Assembly (NCBI GenBank): GCA_018398765.1
Contig: JAHBMJ010000105.1
Span: forward strand, 1 to 56,415
Reading direction: 5' to 3'
Source of the DNA: Chromera velia
Lineage: Eukaryota
Length of the DNA: 56,415 nucleotides
The notes below the pieces were generated by a model. That model made no database searches and had not been told where the DNA came from. It saw nothing but the letters and a program-made list of their open reading frames with translations. Below, one piece after another: positions 1 to 12,010 of this stretch (within the stretch, counting starts at the first letter, position 1; the number at the start of each line of letters is the position of its first letter). The position numbers and the translations under genes were made by a program.

Positions 1-829
1 CGTTACGTTGTGGCTTGTACGGCGACTTGATCACCCGCCAAACTTGCTAGAACTGGGACTGGGAAACTAACTTCGCAATACTAAGCCCGGCCGGCATTAA
101 TTAAGTGTACTAAGAGAATTAAGTGACAGACTGACAATACAGAGAAAGAAATAATAGACTTGCAATACAGAAATAAATAGAAGCATGTCGTACAGTCTTC
201 GTCCATCTGTATTGCTTGAATGGAGTCCTTGGAAGTGAACTCTGACTGACAGACTTAAGGAGGTAAGGTACGATAAGTCTCCAACTAGACTACGTTCTTA
301 GTCTAGGAGGAAATCTGACGGTAACCTTAACACTATACAAGATTAATTGATACAAGATTCCTAGCAAGATTCCATTTCAAATGATTTAACGCGTTTTAAA
401 AATTAATTATCAACGTCGGGCTGTTGAATTAAATTGAAGTAGTTAAAGCTGGTGAGCCACCAATGGCCTACCATGCACTTACTGTAGTGATGAAACGAAT
501 GGAAGTTGATCGTCGAAAGGGATCGACACCATGATCGAATGCTCGAAGGAATGGACCGAATGCAAAAAGATAAAAAATTAAGGCTTAATTAGTTTAAGGC
601 TATATAGTAAAAAAGGCTCTTGCTTGTCAGTGACAAGTTGCGTCGGCTGGTGACTTTTGGAAACATTCCCAAAGAGATCTGAATGGTTGTGTTTAGGACG
701 CGGCCGCTCCACTAGCCGTTTCAGCTTCATGCAGAATCATGCCACAATGTCCGACGGTGCCTGAGCGCTTGCTGTGCATGAGTACTGTGAATGCACATCT
801 CAGAGTCTTTTGAATGTCTTCACTCGCGA

Positions 830-1699
830 TCACAAAGCCATCTGATTTAACAACGGAACGTCACTCTTTTCAGCCATTTTATTCAAATATGCATCAAGAG
901 ACGGGGGCATTTTCAACCCTTTGATGAGAGAGATTCCCCTCATGCGGCTGTAGAAGAAGACGTCGTCGAAGGACAAACCATGCGGGGAGACGGCGTCGGC
1001 TGAGTCGATCAGGCCCTCTCCTTGCTGCAGAACCTCATTCATTTCCTCCAACAGCTCTGCACTCTTATCCCAGTAGTGATCGTACACCCGCACGCGCTCC
1101 TCTGGCGCGAGCTGGGCCCAGTCTGCCTTGGATAAAGTCTTTCCAGAGTCAGGGAAGGGGAGCGGGTGCGTGGTCACAAAACGCTGCCTGGCCGAGGAAG
1201 AATGGAACTCTGGAAGGACCGAGGAACGAATGTATCTCGGTCTTCCTAAATTTCTCATGGGAATGCTCAGCTTTTTAATCCATGCGTCGATGTCGGATCG
1301 ATCAGTCTTCTGCTTCAGGAGACGGGGACCGAATTTGCCGTCTCCTTCTAGTCGCTCGATGATGTCAAGCGACTCACACATCGCACCTTCCCCTGGAATC
1401 TCCATAATGGGGGTTATCTTCTTTCCAACCAGATTGGTGGGCGTCTCCGCGTCATCCTCTGCTACCCAGATCATGCGGTAGGGGATTCTCTTCAGTCCCA
1501 GAACCATCCTGCACCTCAGTGTGTAGTGCGAGTGCTCGTAGCCGTACAAACGGGGGCTTCCGGAGGGCATGTTCTCGAGGCCGGGCTGAAAAGCAGCATT
1601 CCGACTCAACAATGCTCCAGATACCGCCCCTTGCGTGCACAAAAGGGCCGCAAGGAAAAGACGGGCCATGGCACAAAATTGAAGGGACTGCATTCTCAT
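830..1699 (-). CDS. grxB: Glutaredoxin-2 (GrxB, GST-fold) homolog with N-terminal signal/transit extension; catalytic CPYC replaced by SHYT
   Basis: LYGYEHSHYTLRCRMVLGLKRIP...DDAETPTNLVGKKITPIM...MCESLDII...EFHSSSARQRF...LSFDDVFFY...YLNKMAEKSDVPLLNQMAL is collinear with E. coli GrxB (LYIYDHCPYCLKARMIFGLKNIP...DDAETPTRMVGQKQVPIL...MPESMDIV). Intronless. First ATG at 1699 (alternatives 1693, 1669), followed by a hydrophobic signal-like stretch. Confidence 0.88.
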   Translation of the reverse strand: MRMQSLQFCAMARLFLAALLCTQGAVSGALLSRNAAFQPGLENMPSGSPRLYGYEHSHYTLRCRMVLGLKRIPYRMIWVAEDDAETPTNLVGKKITPIMEIPGEGAMCESLDIIERLEGDGKFGPRLLKQKTDRSDIDAWIKKLSIPMRNLGRPRYIRSSVLPEFHSSSARQRFVTTHPLPFPDSGKTLSKADWAQLAPEERVRVYDHYWDKSAELLEEMNEVLQQGEGLIDSADAVSPHGLSFDDVFFYSRMRGISLIKGLKMPPSLDAYLNKMAEKSDVPLLNQMAL

Positions 1700-2670
1700 T
1701 TCGACGTCTCTTTCTAGTCCCCGTCTTTTGCTTTCTAGATGTTCGATTTCCACCCACCAATGCGTGGAAAGGGGGCAGAACTCCTACAGCCTGGCAATTC
1801 AGAAACACACACGACGTCAAGGCACACTGTCACTGCTCATGGGAAGCCTGGGAAAGCTGAGAGAGACACTGAGCCAGAACGACAGGCAGCATGAGTACAC
1901 ATGCAGCCGTCTCGGCACTTTTGTCAGTAGCTCATGACAGTCCGAATTGATTGATTCCGCGCACATGAAATTTCGCGCGAACTTCGGACAAATTTAAAAC
2001 AGCTTTTTATAAGACTGTCATTGAAGGCACTGTGTTTGACACGAATTCTTGAAACGAACGATCGATTCGATGAAGCATTGAATATATATACATCGATATA
2101 GTGGAAGCTTCTCGGAGTCAGCAAGCAGCAGCTTCTTTTGTTGCGTTGGACATCAGAGTCGTTTGAACAGGCTGTGCACATTCGCGTGTTGGATGTGCGA
2201 TCGTTGAACCGTCTCAGTAGAATCAGACTGAGCCCAACAAGACCAAATGGGGTTCCGTGTTCGACTGGCAGTCCTGTTATGTCTCCTTCTTCTCAACAGG
2301 ACCCTTCAACAGTCAGTGCCTGATCACTGTAGTGCAGGCAGATACACACATACATGCGCACACACCTAGATGCAAACGTCACTCGGTCTCCCTCCATATG
2401 TACCATGTACAGGCTTTTGTCATCTCTCTACGTGAAATTACTTACTGTCCCCTCGATTGTCTTTATTCCTTTTCGATCTGGTCATTCATCGGCTCTATTT
2501 CTCACTGGAGTAGTCTACAATCGACCGGTTCGCCATCCGGGTGCACGTGAGCAAGCAAGCATGCACCTCAACGAGTAATTCACCCATACACTCGTTCCCC
2601 ATGCACTCGTTCGCTTGCAGAAAACATGCATTACTATCTGATGTCTGTGCGACTATCTGCATTTGTACAG

Positions 2671-3944
2671 GTGCGTTCCGTGCACACTCTACAACTCAAA
2701 CTTCTGTACTGCCAGTGACGCCAGCATCCAGGCGGTGGCTGGTTCCTCTAGCATTGGCTACTACACCTGGCTCTGTCGGCGGTTTCAGCAGTCAGGCTGC
2801 GGCACAAACGGCAATTGTGCGATGGGGAGTTCTTCGTCCTCGTCGGGCGGGGAGCTGTGTCTGGAGAGCAGGAGCACGGGGATCTCTGCACTGAAGGCAG
2901 AGATGTATCGCGATATAGCGACTGTCCCGAATAACTGCGGGGACTATGGCAAGGTAAGGAGGTACGAAAAGAAGTATTAGGCATGCGTGGTGAGCTGCAT
3001 CGTGGGCGAATGAATTGAGGTGTTCGGATTAGGGTCTTAGGGGTGAAATGACGGTGATCGTGTCCACAAATTCATAACTCAGTAATATTTCGAGAAAGAA
3101 GGAGGTAACACGCAGATGGGCGGACGAGATTGTCGGACGTATCAAAGCTCGTGCATGGAAAGGCCTTCGTCAGGTCTCTCACACAAGGTAACTGGAAAAC
3201 TTCTTTCTACTGCTCTTTGAGAGATGCAACAAAAGGAAGTGCTGTCGGTCGTCTTCTTTGAACTTGGCATGCTGCAGATGTCAATTCGTGATGCGGCTGC
3301 CTATGCTCTCGGAGGTACAGAATCATGATTTGCGACGCTCTAGTTACAAAAATTGTCTATGACGCACAGCATGTTTGCTCCAATGCATTGCAACGTACCT
3401 ACCTGCAGTACGAAGAAGTGATTCAAAATTACGCGATCCCCTGCTACCTCGCCAATCTTGGAGACAGCGCTGAGGCGACTTGCTCAAGTCTCGATGAAAG
3501 CTGCGACTGGGATTCCTCCAACTCGCAGTGTAACCCCGATACAGCGTTTGCTGCCTCCAAAGCTGCGACTCTGTATCCTTCAGTGGCAGCCAGTGAGGAA
3601 GAGGTCGCCGCGATCTCCCTGACCTGCTCCATTGCCACATCTAAAGCTTGCACAATTACTGATGGATGCACCCTTTCCAACGACAAGCAAGTTTTTCTTT
3701 TTTGTTTGCTTTCATTCGCTTGTCCGTGTACCCTTTCTTCCTCCAGCCTTTTTTGTATTTTTGTTTTTGTTTTGTTTTTGCACTTCCTTCCTTCCTTCCT
3801 TCCTTCCTTCCTTCCTTCTTTCCTTACTTCCTTCCTTCCTTCTTTCCTTACTTCCTTCCTTCCTTCCTTCCTTCTCTCTCTCTCTCTCTCTCCTTTCTTT
3901 CTTGATTTCTTTGTTGCTTGCTTGCTTGCTTGCTTGCTTTCTTG

Positions 3945-3978
<34 letters not shown>

Positions 3979-3991
3979 CTCTTTCTCTCTT

Positions 3992-4033
<42 letters not shown>

Positions 4034-5063
4034 TTCCTTCCTTCCTTTCTTTCTTTCTTTCTTTCTTTCTTCCTTTCTTTCTTTCTTTTTTTCTTTCTTT
4101 CTTCCTTTCTTCCTTCCTTCCTTTCCTTCCTTCCTTCCTTCCTTCCTTGCTGCCTGCCTGCCCATTTTTCTTTCTGTTTTTTGACGAGTGAATCTTCGCG
4201 ACAAAAAACGCACTGCGGAGGCTCCTCACATTGGCCTTACAGCTCATTCCATTCTTGCAATTGCATTTGATTGAGCCTGAGATTTTCATCACCTTCATTC
4301 TCGCTGTGCATGGAACGCTCCACGTTCCGGTGTGCCTGCTTGTTTGCAGCTGCATCGCACCGGCCTCTTCCCTCCTCAGTTTTATCGACGACGCATGTTC
4401 AGTCAAGACACTGCGAGAAGGACTCCTCAGTTGTTCGACTGCAAACGTGAGGCAAACGGCATGAGAATTGAAAAGTGATTCTTTGTTTGATCTCGCTATG
4501 TCGTTGACTTGATCTCTATGGGGTACTGTTGAACTCCACAACTGTGAGGGGAAAACGATTCCTAGGCTGTTTTTTCTTTTCCAAAGTGTACGAAGGTCGC
4601 CTTTCATCACGGACTGTTGTGTCAGATCCGTCTGCATCCACGTTTTAGCCACAAAAGGGAGTGGGAAAGTAAAGAAAAGTACAAAAAGAAGGAAAAATCT
4701 GCTTCTAGGCACGACAGGCCGCTCAGAGTACTTCAAAGTATTCCCCCTCCGTTCTCGAATAAGAATGGAAACAAGCAACGTGAAGAAAAAAGAAAAATAC
4801 AAATAAAAAGCAGGAACGGGGACAGAGTAGCCAATGAGCGGGGCAGTCTGACGCAAGTACATGGAGACACACACACACACACACACACACATGCGGACGT
4901 AAATCGACGTACACACTCCCTGATCCCCCCATACACAGACTAGACAAACTTAAAAACGGAGACATATACAGAGCACAAACACAAGCCAACACACACACAC
5001 ACACGCACACACACACACGCATGCACATACACATACACATACACGCGTGCACACACACACACA

Positions 5064-5101
<38 letters not shown>

Positions 5102-5123
5102 GAGAGAGAGAGAGACACACACA

Positions 5124-5175
<52 letters not shown>

Positions 5176-6364
5176 AAGAAGGAAGGAAAGAAAGAAAGAA
5201 AGAAAGAAAGAAAGGAAGAAAGAAAGGAAGGAAGGAAGGAAGGAAGAAAGAAAGAAAGAAAGAGCACGCGAGAACAGCTCTCAACGGAGAGGCTGTCCAG
5301 TTTCCTTTTCTTTCGAGCATATATATATATATATATATATATATGAGTTGAATCAAATACACAGTGACGTAGTCAGCTGTTTCTATGGCTGCAACATGCG
5401 GCCTCTCTCTCCGTGTTCCGCCTTCTCCACTGCGTGCAAGTGTCTGCATGTGTGTGGAACTGTTCAGCTTGTATGGATGTAGTTTTGAGTATCGGTTACT
5501 GTGTCTTTCTGCAGCTATTTACTGGGGACACGAAGACTTCTGTATGCAGCAGTTTTTCGGACTGCGACCTGGAGTCTGACGGCGTCTGTAGGCTCAAGCG
5601 TCAGTCAGAGCAAAGAAATGAAACGAAACAAAACAAAACATGGCCCTCATCTTACTTCACTGATTGTGAATCTCTGTCTTTCTGTATGTCTTTCTTCCTG
5701 TTTTTTTTCTGTCTATCTGACTGGTTAAATCTGTCTGGCTGTCTGCTTGCCTGGAAAGGGAGGAAAGAAATAAGGAAAGGTAACACCACATGAGAAAAAA
5801 ATGTAAGCAGGGGAGCGAAAAAAAGAAAAACCCTCTGTAGATGTGGACACTGTGTTCGCCCCTCTCTGGATCTCTCTGACTGAGTGAAAAGGGGTGGAGG
5901 GAGGAAAAGTGTGTCAAAGAGAAACCGAAACACAGTAGGCGTCTTCAACCATGCATCCATCAAGTCACTCACTCACTCACTCACTCACTCAGCAGGCAGG
6001 CAGAAAGACAGTAAGTCATTCGCTTGTTCCTCTGATGGATGCAGTGTCGAAATTTTCTGAAGTGTTCGAGTCTGTCGTTGGGACTTCCTCCGTTTTTGGA
6101 TCGGCAAACTCAAACGGGCAGACACGTGTCGATACGTGCACATCACGGACCGCAGAGGAAAGCGTGTGCGAGGCTGTTGACGTTAACGGATACAGCTGTA
6201 CAGATTCAAACGACGAAACTTCCGGAGATGGATCCGACTCGACAACCTTTGTCACACTCGACCCAACAGAAGTCAGCGGGGCCTGGTGGAGTTCCGCCAA
6301 TAGCCTGACGTTCTTGGTGTCAGTGCTGTTGGGGCATCTTGTCACTATGCTGATTCGTGGTTGA
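2671..6364 (+). CDS. Multi-exon cysteine-rich, probably GPI-anchored surface protein (5' end unresolved)
   Basis: Phase-consistent exons ~3321-3686, 4350-4446, 5515-5599, 6045-6364, plus an upstream Cys-rich exon 2671-2953 (possible extra exons ~2221-2330 and 3116-3187). Many spaced Cys, a Ser/Thr/Asp-rich stalk and a hydrophobic C-terminus (SGAWWSSANSLTFLVSVLLGHLVTMLIRG*). Confidence 0.65.
3785..4160. repeat. Intronic compound microsatellite (TTCC)n/(TTTC)n/(TTGC)n
   Basis: Directly visible; it explains the spurious F/L/S- and K/E/R-rich ORFs. Confidence 0.95.
4866..5344. repeat. Intronic compound microsatellite (CA)n/(GA)n/(GAAA)n/(TA)n
   Basis: Directly visible. Confidence 0.95.
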
Positions 6365-8833
6365 ATGGTGCTGCATGGACGGGGGCACCAAGGTGCATGG
6401 TGGGGTTAGAATGCGATCGGATTGATCGGTGAAGGCAAAGGCACGAGGAGACGAGACAGTCCCCTGTACGTCATTCTCTTGACCGTTCCCCTCCCTCAAG
6501 CGAAAATCAAAAAGAGGGCTGGGCAGAGAGAAAGACGTGCTCTTGCGTGCAGACCCTAGCATTTAGCCATTCAGTCTCTCTCGTGCAGTATTGGTTCTGT
6601 GCCGTTACCTGTTTCTCAGAGAGAGGAGGGAGCAACACACTCTGGCTCTCTTGATTTTCATGTACACATGCATTTGGGCGCTACTGGCCCTAGATCTATG
6701 TTTTGTTTGCGTGCGTCAGGGGAAGGTTGGGCAGGTCTTTTGACAGGGGCCGCCTTTCTTCTCTCGCTTCCTTTTTCCTTCCTCGCTTCCTTCTGGAATG
6801 CTCAACTCTCCCACATCGGGCTCAATGCCTTGAGAAGTGAACGTGCATCTGCGTGCGTGTGTGAGTGTGTGTATGCGTACGTGTGTGGATTGGATGTGTG
6901 CGAAATGAAGTGAGTGTGATGATGAATCCATTCAAGAATCCGTGAATGGGAAAGTCAATCGATGGGGGGATGGATCAATAGATGGTTGCTGGAAGAATGA
7001 AAGGCAAATCATGCAGATGCTGCACTTTGTCCAGCACGTCAATGTGACTGAAGGTCAATGGAAAAGTCTCCTCCCCGGCAGGCTTACGCTTGAAAGAGGC
7101 AAGCGCACGCCTGGTGGGCAGAAAGCTTCGCCAAGTCGGGTGTAGTGTGCTGCATGGACCATGATGCGCATATATGCGCATTGTTCTTTACCCCAACACT
7201 GATTATTCATAATCTTGAATGTCTTTACCGAACTTCAATTATATTGAAGATACTAACCAAAACGTTCATTAATTCATGGCATTCCATGCATGCATGCATG
7301 CATGCACAAACTACTAACATAAGCAAAAAATTAAATTATAAGTTAATATAAAATAATACTTGTACATATAGTGTTTATATATATAATTATTTCCAATAAT
7401 AATAATAATAAATTCCTATATAGTTTTTTGAAAGAATCTTACAGAATTTATTTCCAGATTTAATTATGAACTTAATTACTTGAATTTACTTCAAGTTTAC
7501 TACTAGTTTGCCAGGGTAAGATAACACTGACATTGTCTGGCAGTCTAAATTGTTACAAAAATTGGCAGAATTACGACTAGAATTGCGACTTCTTCAGGCT
7601 GTTAGCTTGCAAAGTACTTAATTAGCAAAGTGATACTTGGCTCGTAGGTGAGTGCCTTTTAGTATCTAGGCTTAGGGTTTTTTAGAGTTTCTATCTAAGA
7701 TACAAAACTGTTAGCCAGATCGAAAGAAACAGTCAAATCAACTAGCAAGCAAGTTAATCTAGAAGTTAATCGGAAAAAACCTAGGAAAAGACCCAAGAAA
7801 TTATTTTCAAAGAGATCGCGGCAGGTCGCCAAAGAGGGCGCAAACTGACAGAAATTGTCACAGAATTAAGAAGATGTCGGCAGACATTTTCTCACAGACA
7901 CTGTTCGGGCACTGGCAGCAGACAGTCTGAGACAGACAGACTATCCGTTAATTTCTCTTTCTCCCTCCTTTTCTTCATGTACACAGCAAACAGAGAGAAA
8001 GAACAGACAGACAGACAGACAGACAGACAGACCCCTGTAGACAGACCGACAGACAGATAAAGCCTATTAAAGACCTAGCCTAAGACAGAGCGTAAGGCAT
8101 ACTGTGTCACTTGCGCTTTGAGCCCTTTCTGCGTGTTTTCAGAACATACATAGAGACAGTCTCAAACTACGTCTCAAAGAAACTATGTCGGACTGTATGC
8201 ATGTTCTCACAGAGACAGACAAGTAGGAACACCCTCACGGGCAGACAGCCAAACCAGCAAACATTATTACCACACACACGTTCTTCGTTTCTTTTTGTGT
8301 CAAATCTACAAGACGTAGAAAGGCATGCAGAAGACAGACCGGCAGACATATCAAACAACAAACAGCCAAATGACTTCGCTTCGCCTCTTTGTCGACAAAA
8401 TCAATGAAATTCGACACACACGGAGCGACAGGTAGACTGTCCGATCGACTTCTTTGATTTCTCTTACTTACTTCTTGGTCTTGCTCAACAGGAAGACGTG
8501 CAGATCAGAAGACAGTCATGCAGACACGCACACAGATTTACTCATGAGGTGGCGTGTGCCATACAGTCGGGGAGCAGCGGAAACCGTGATACTAAAATAG
8601 GAGATTACGCATTAACTGATCATGTAATCAAGACAGCCGGGTGTGCTTCCACAATCACTTTGACCCTCACCTATGTGCACTCCCCCGAACACTCAGTGTC
8701 TGTCACTCAAGAAATCTAGTCCACTGTTGTCTCTACACATTCAATTTCTTGACTCTTTCTTTCCTCATTCCATCCATCCATCCATCCATCCATCCATCCA
8801 TCCATCCATCCATCCATCCATCCATCCAGGCCC

Positions 8834-10138
8834 TCACTTCTCTCCCACAATCAACTCCTCATCTGATGCTGCGTTTCCAGAATGGTCTGCAGCCTGAGGA
8901 GACGCATTTAGTAACGCTCTAGAGGCATCATGGGGGGATGATTCAGAACCGTTTCGCCTTCTGTGTGCCACCACGAGATCTGCAGTCAGACGCGCCCACG
9001 CGTCCATGCCCGGTTTCTCAGGCCAGACAACCTCCCTGAATACCTCCATCTTCTCTGCCGCCCTGCCGCTTGTCTCACCTATACATGCGGCGGCCTGCGA
9101 GGACAATAACTCTCTCCCCCCCTCCCGCAACGACAGCTTCTCCACCCAATTCCTCACTGAGCTAGGACTCCCGAAAGTCGCTATCTGGGTTCTTGCAGCG
9201 CTTTGCGTCTTCTCTTCATCCCACTGCGCTGTCACAGTGGCGTAGGTCTCCAGTCTCGTCACTTCGAAGCCGCGTTCCTTCAGCAATCGCTCCAAGGTGC
9301 CCAGAGAGAGGTTGGAGGTAGGGTACAATACCCTGCCGGGGCAGGAAGAAGAGGACAAGGAGGAGGAGGAGGAGGAAGATGAAGAAGACGTGGAAGAAGA
9401 AGAAGACACGGAAGGAAGTTCAGCTGCAAGAGTCTCTGCAGTTGCCTTCGAAGGTACAAATACAGGCTCAACCCCCGCTTTGGCCAAAATTTCAGCTGTA
9501 GATTTTCCAACAGCCGTGACAGGAATCGGGCATTTGGTCAGACTGGCCGACCGTAAGCACTCCAAGAACACGTTCGCACCTTCTGGAGAGGTCACCGCTG
9601 CGTATTCGAATCGAGGCTTCTCCCCAGCCCCGACCCGTCTCCCCTCTTCTGCGAGTGTGTCGACCAACCGCTCACGGTCTGGTCCTGCCTGGGCAGCGAT
9701 ACACGGCACCTCCACGAATTCAAAGTCTTCAGGGGCAATAATGTCACTAAGCGCCTTCTTGAGCTTCCCGTTCTTTGACTCTTCTCGTGTCCCTGCCACC
9801 ACTACACACGTTCCCGTCTCTCCCCTTGGAGGCGCTGCCTCTCCCGGTGAAGGCTGACTGCTTTCCGTCATCAAGGCACACGCTCTTCGAGCGGCGCGCT
9901 TGCCAAGAAGGCTGTGTCCAGAACTGGACGGGCAGAGGAAAGCCAACCAGGGGATCACCGACACCATCACACCCGCACTTTGCAAGTAGAGACTGTGAGT
10001 CAGTAAGTCTGTCTCCGGAGAGGCGTCTCCTCCTGTAGGCGTGCAAAAATGCACTTCTTCGACCCTGTCTGCACGAAGTTCCTTGCTCGGGGTAGAAGGA
10101 CGACAGTTCAGCAAAAAAGTGAAACAGCTGAAGTTCAT
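8834..10138 (-). CDS. hemD: Uroporphyrinogen-III synthase (HemD/UROS), plant/algal type, with N-terminal targeting extension
   Basis: [105 protein letters not shown] match HEM4-family motifs. Start uncertain (ATG at 10138 or 9967). Internal poly-Ser insert. Confidence 0.9.
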   Translation of the reverse strand: MNFSCFTFLLNCRPSTPSKELRADRVEEVHFCTPTGGDASPETDLLTHSLYLQSAGVMVSVIPWLAFLCPSSSGHSLLGKRAARRACALMTESSQPSPGEAAPPRGETGTCVVVAGTREESKNGKLKKALSDIIAPEDFEFVEVPCIAAQAGPDRERLVDTLAEEGRRVGAGEKPRFEYAAVTSPEGANVFLECLRSASLTKCPIPVTAVGKSTAEILAKAGVEPVFVPSKATAETLAAELPSVSSSSSTSSSSSSSSSSLSSSSCPGRVLYPTSNLSLGTLERLLKERGFEVTRLETYATVTAQWDEEKTQSAARTQIATFGSPSSVRNWVEKLSLREGGRELLSSQAAACIGETSGRAAEKMEVFREVVWPEKPGMDAWARLTADLVVAHRRRNGSESSPHDASRALLNASPQAADHSGNAASDEELIVGEK

Positions 10139-10550
10139 AGAGGTATTCTGACGCGGTGACAAGTCTCAAAGTTGGCGGCTCAAATCGTCTCTTTCGCGGG
10201 TCCGTCTCTTACAGAGCTCGGAATAGCTCGATCTTGTGCATGCGATCTCGGAACGGCTGATTTGTGTGTTGCTCATGCATTGTTGCTTCAAGGTTCTCCT
10301 GTTCTCTCTGGTTGGGGTTCTCAAGAATCAGACCAAATTGATGCTCATCAAAAATCTCCAGGTGTTTCCATTTGACTGAGAGTCTTGGCTTCTGAGCGGC
10401 CGTACACAACTCCCTGTGTTTGAGCGATCGGAGGAAAAGTGATTTTTCCGCACAGAGGCCGGGCAGGTCGCAGCACTGCATACTGTCTCGGCCAGCTGTT
10501 GTAGTAGATAGCTTTGCCAACCTTTTCAGACTGTGCCGAGCAGAGAAAAG
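10139..10550. promoter_or_regulatory. Probable bidirectional promoter between UROS and BUD13
   Basis: Short (~400-580 bp) head-to-head intergenic gap. Confidence 0.5.
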
Positions 10551-11913
10551 ATGGCTTCAAAGGCAGAGCTGCTTGCGAGGTACACGAAGGGTTCTTCTGG
10601 TCAAGCCCCCCAAAAGAAGAAGAAAAGAGATTCCTCAGGGCCTGCGGGCGGCTTCACCATTCGGGATGACGAGGATGTCTTGATGAATCAGGAAAGACTG
10701 AGCGTTTTGGAGAACGATGACTCGATGGACCAGGAGGTTATGCGCAGACACTACGAGGCAGTAGGAGGGGGTGAGGAGGATGGAGACGGAGAGGACGAAC
10801 CGATGATTGCTGACGGCACAGACGCTCAGCTTATTGCTGAGTATCGAGTGCAGAAGGCCACCAGAAAGTGGGAGTATCCGGAGGAGAACGAAGGTCTCCC
10901 TGCAAGTTCCCATCCATCCAAAGAGGTGAGCGAATTCCCCCCAGCAGATTGCAGATAGCGCTCTGATTGTTTTTTTAATATTTGCAAGTGGTGAACAACC
11001 TCTTTCCCCCCTTCCTTCGTTTCTGCAGAACCGCGATCGTCAAGAGCTCCACAAAGGATTACCAAAGAGTAGCGCTCCAAACCCGACAATAAAAAAGGAG
11101 CCGGTTGGCTTCGCTGTGAGGAAGATCGACAGGAGAAAGCAGGAAGATCAGTCACCGCCCAGAAGAGGGAGAAGAGACGATGACAGAGATCAGTCACCGC
11201 CCAGAAGAGGGAGAAGAGACGGTGACGGAGATCAGTCACCGCCCAGAAGAGGGGGGAGAGACAGGGACGGAGATCAGTCACCGCCCAGAAGAGGGAGAAG
11301 AGACGATGACAGAGATCAGTCCCCGCCCAGAAGAGGGGGGAGAGACGGTGACAGAGATCAGTCACCGCCCAGAAGAGGGAGAAGAGACGATGACAGAGAT
11401 CAGTCACCGCCCAGAAGAGGGAGAAGAGACGGTGACGGAGATCAGTCACCGCCCAGAAGAGGGAGAAGAGACGGTGACGGAGATCAGTCACCGCCCAGAA
11501 GAGGGAGAAGGGACGGTGACGGAGATCAGTCCCCGTCCAGAAGAGGGGGAAGAGACGATGACGGAGACCAGTCCCCGCCCAGAAGAGGGGGGAGAGACAG
11601 GGACGGAGATCAGTCACCGCCCAGAAGAGGGAGAGGAGACGGTGACGGAGATCAGTCACCGCCCAGAAGAGGAGGGAGAGACAGGGACGGAGATCAGTCA
11701 CCCCCGAGGAAAATGAAAAAGGAGGAAGGCACAATGGGTTCACCCGCAAGACACAACCGGGGCGACAGGGACGAAGACATTCCGCTTCCCCGTGTGAAGG
11801 TCTCTGTGTGTGTGTGTGTGTGTGTGTGCGTCTGTGTCTGTCTTTCTTTCTTTTTGTCTGTTGTGTTCATGAAGAAAAGGAGGGAGAAGAAGAACAAACA
11901 TGTAGTCTGTCTG

Positions 11914-11966
<53 letters not shown>

Positions 11967-11970
11967 GTGT

Positions 11971-12010
<40 letters not shown>

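Noticed and set aside
3444..5482. Long ORFs (490 aa and others) rich in KERK/FLSF/CVCV
   Set aside because: They are translations of intronic microsatellites.
11146..11709. 39-bp array as CRISPR, or as related to the 39-bp array at 16510-17240
   Set aside because: It is an in-frame BUD13 SPPRR repeat; the two arrays share only their period, not sequence.
10826..11749. 307-aa minus-strand repetitive ORF
   Set aside because: Antisense shadow of the BUD13 repeat exon.
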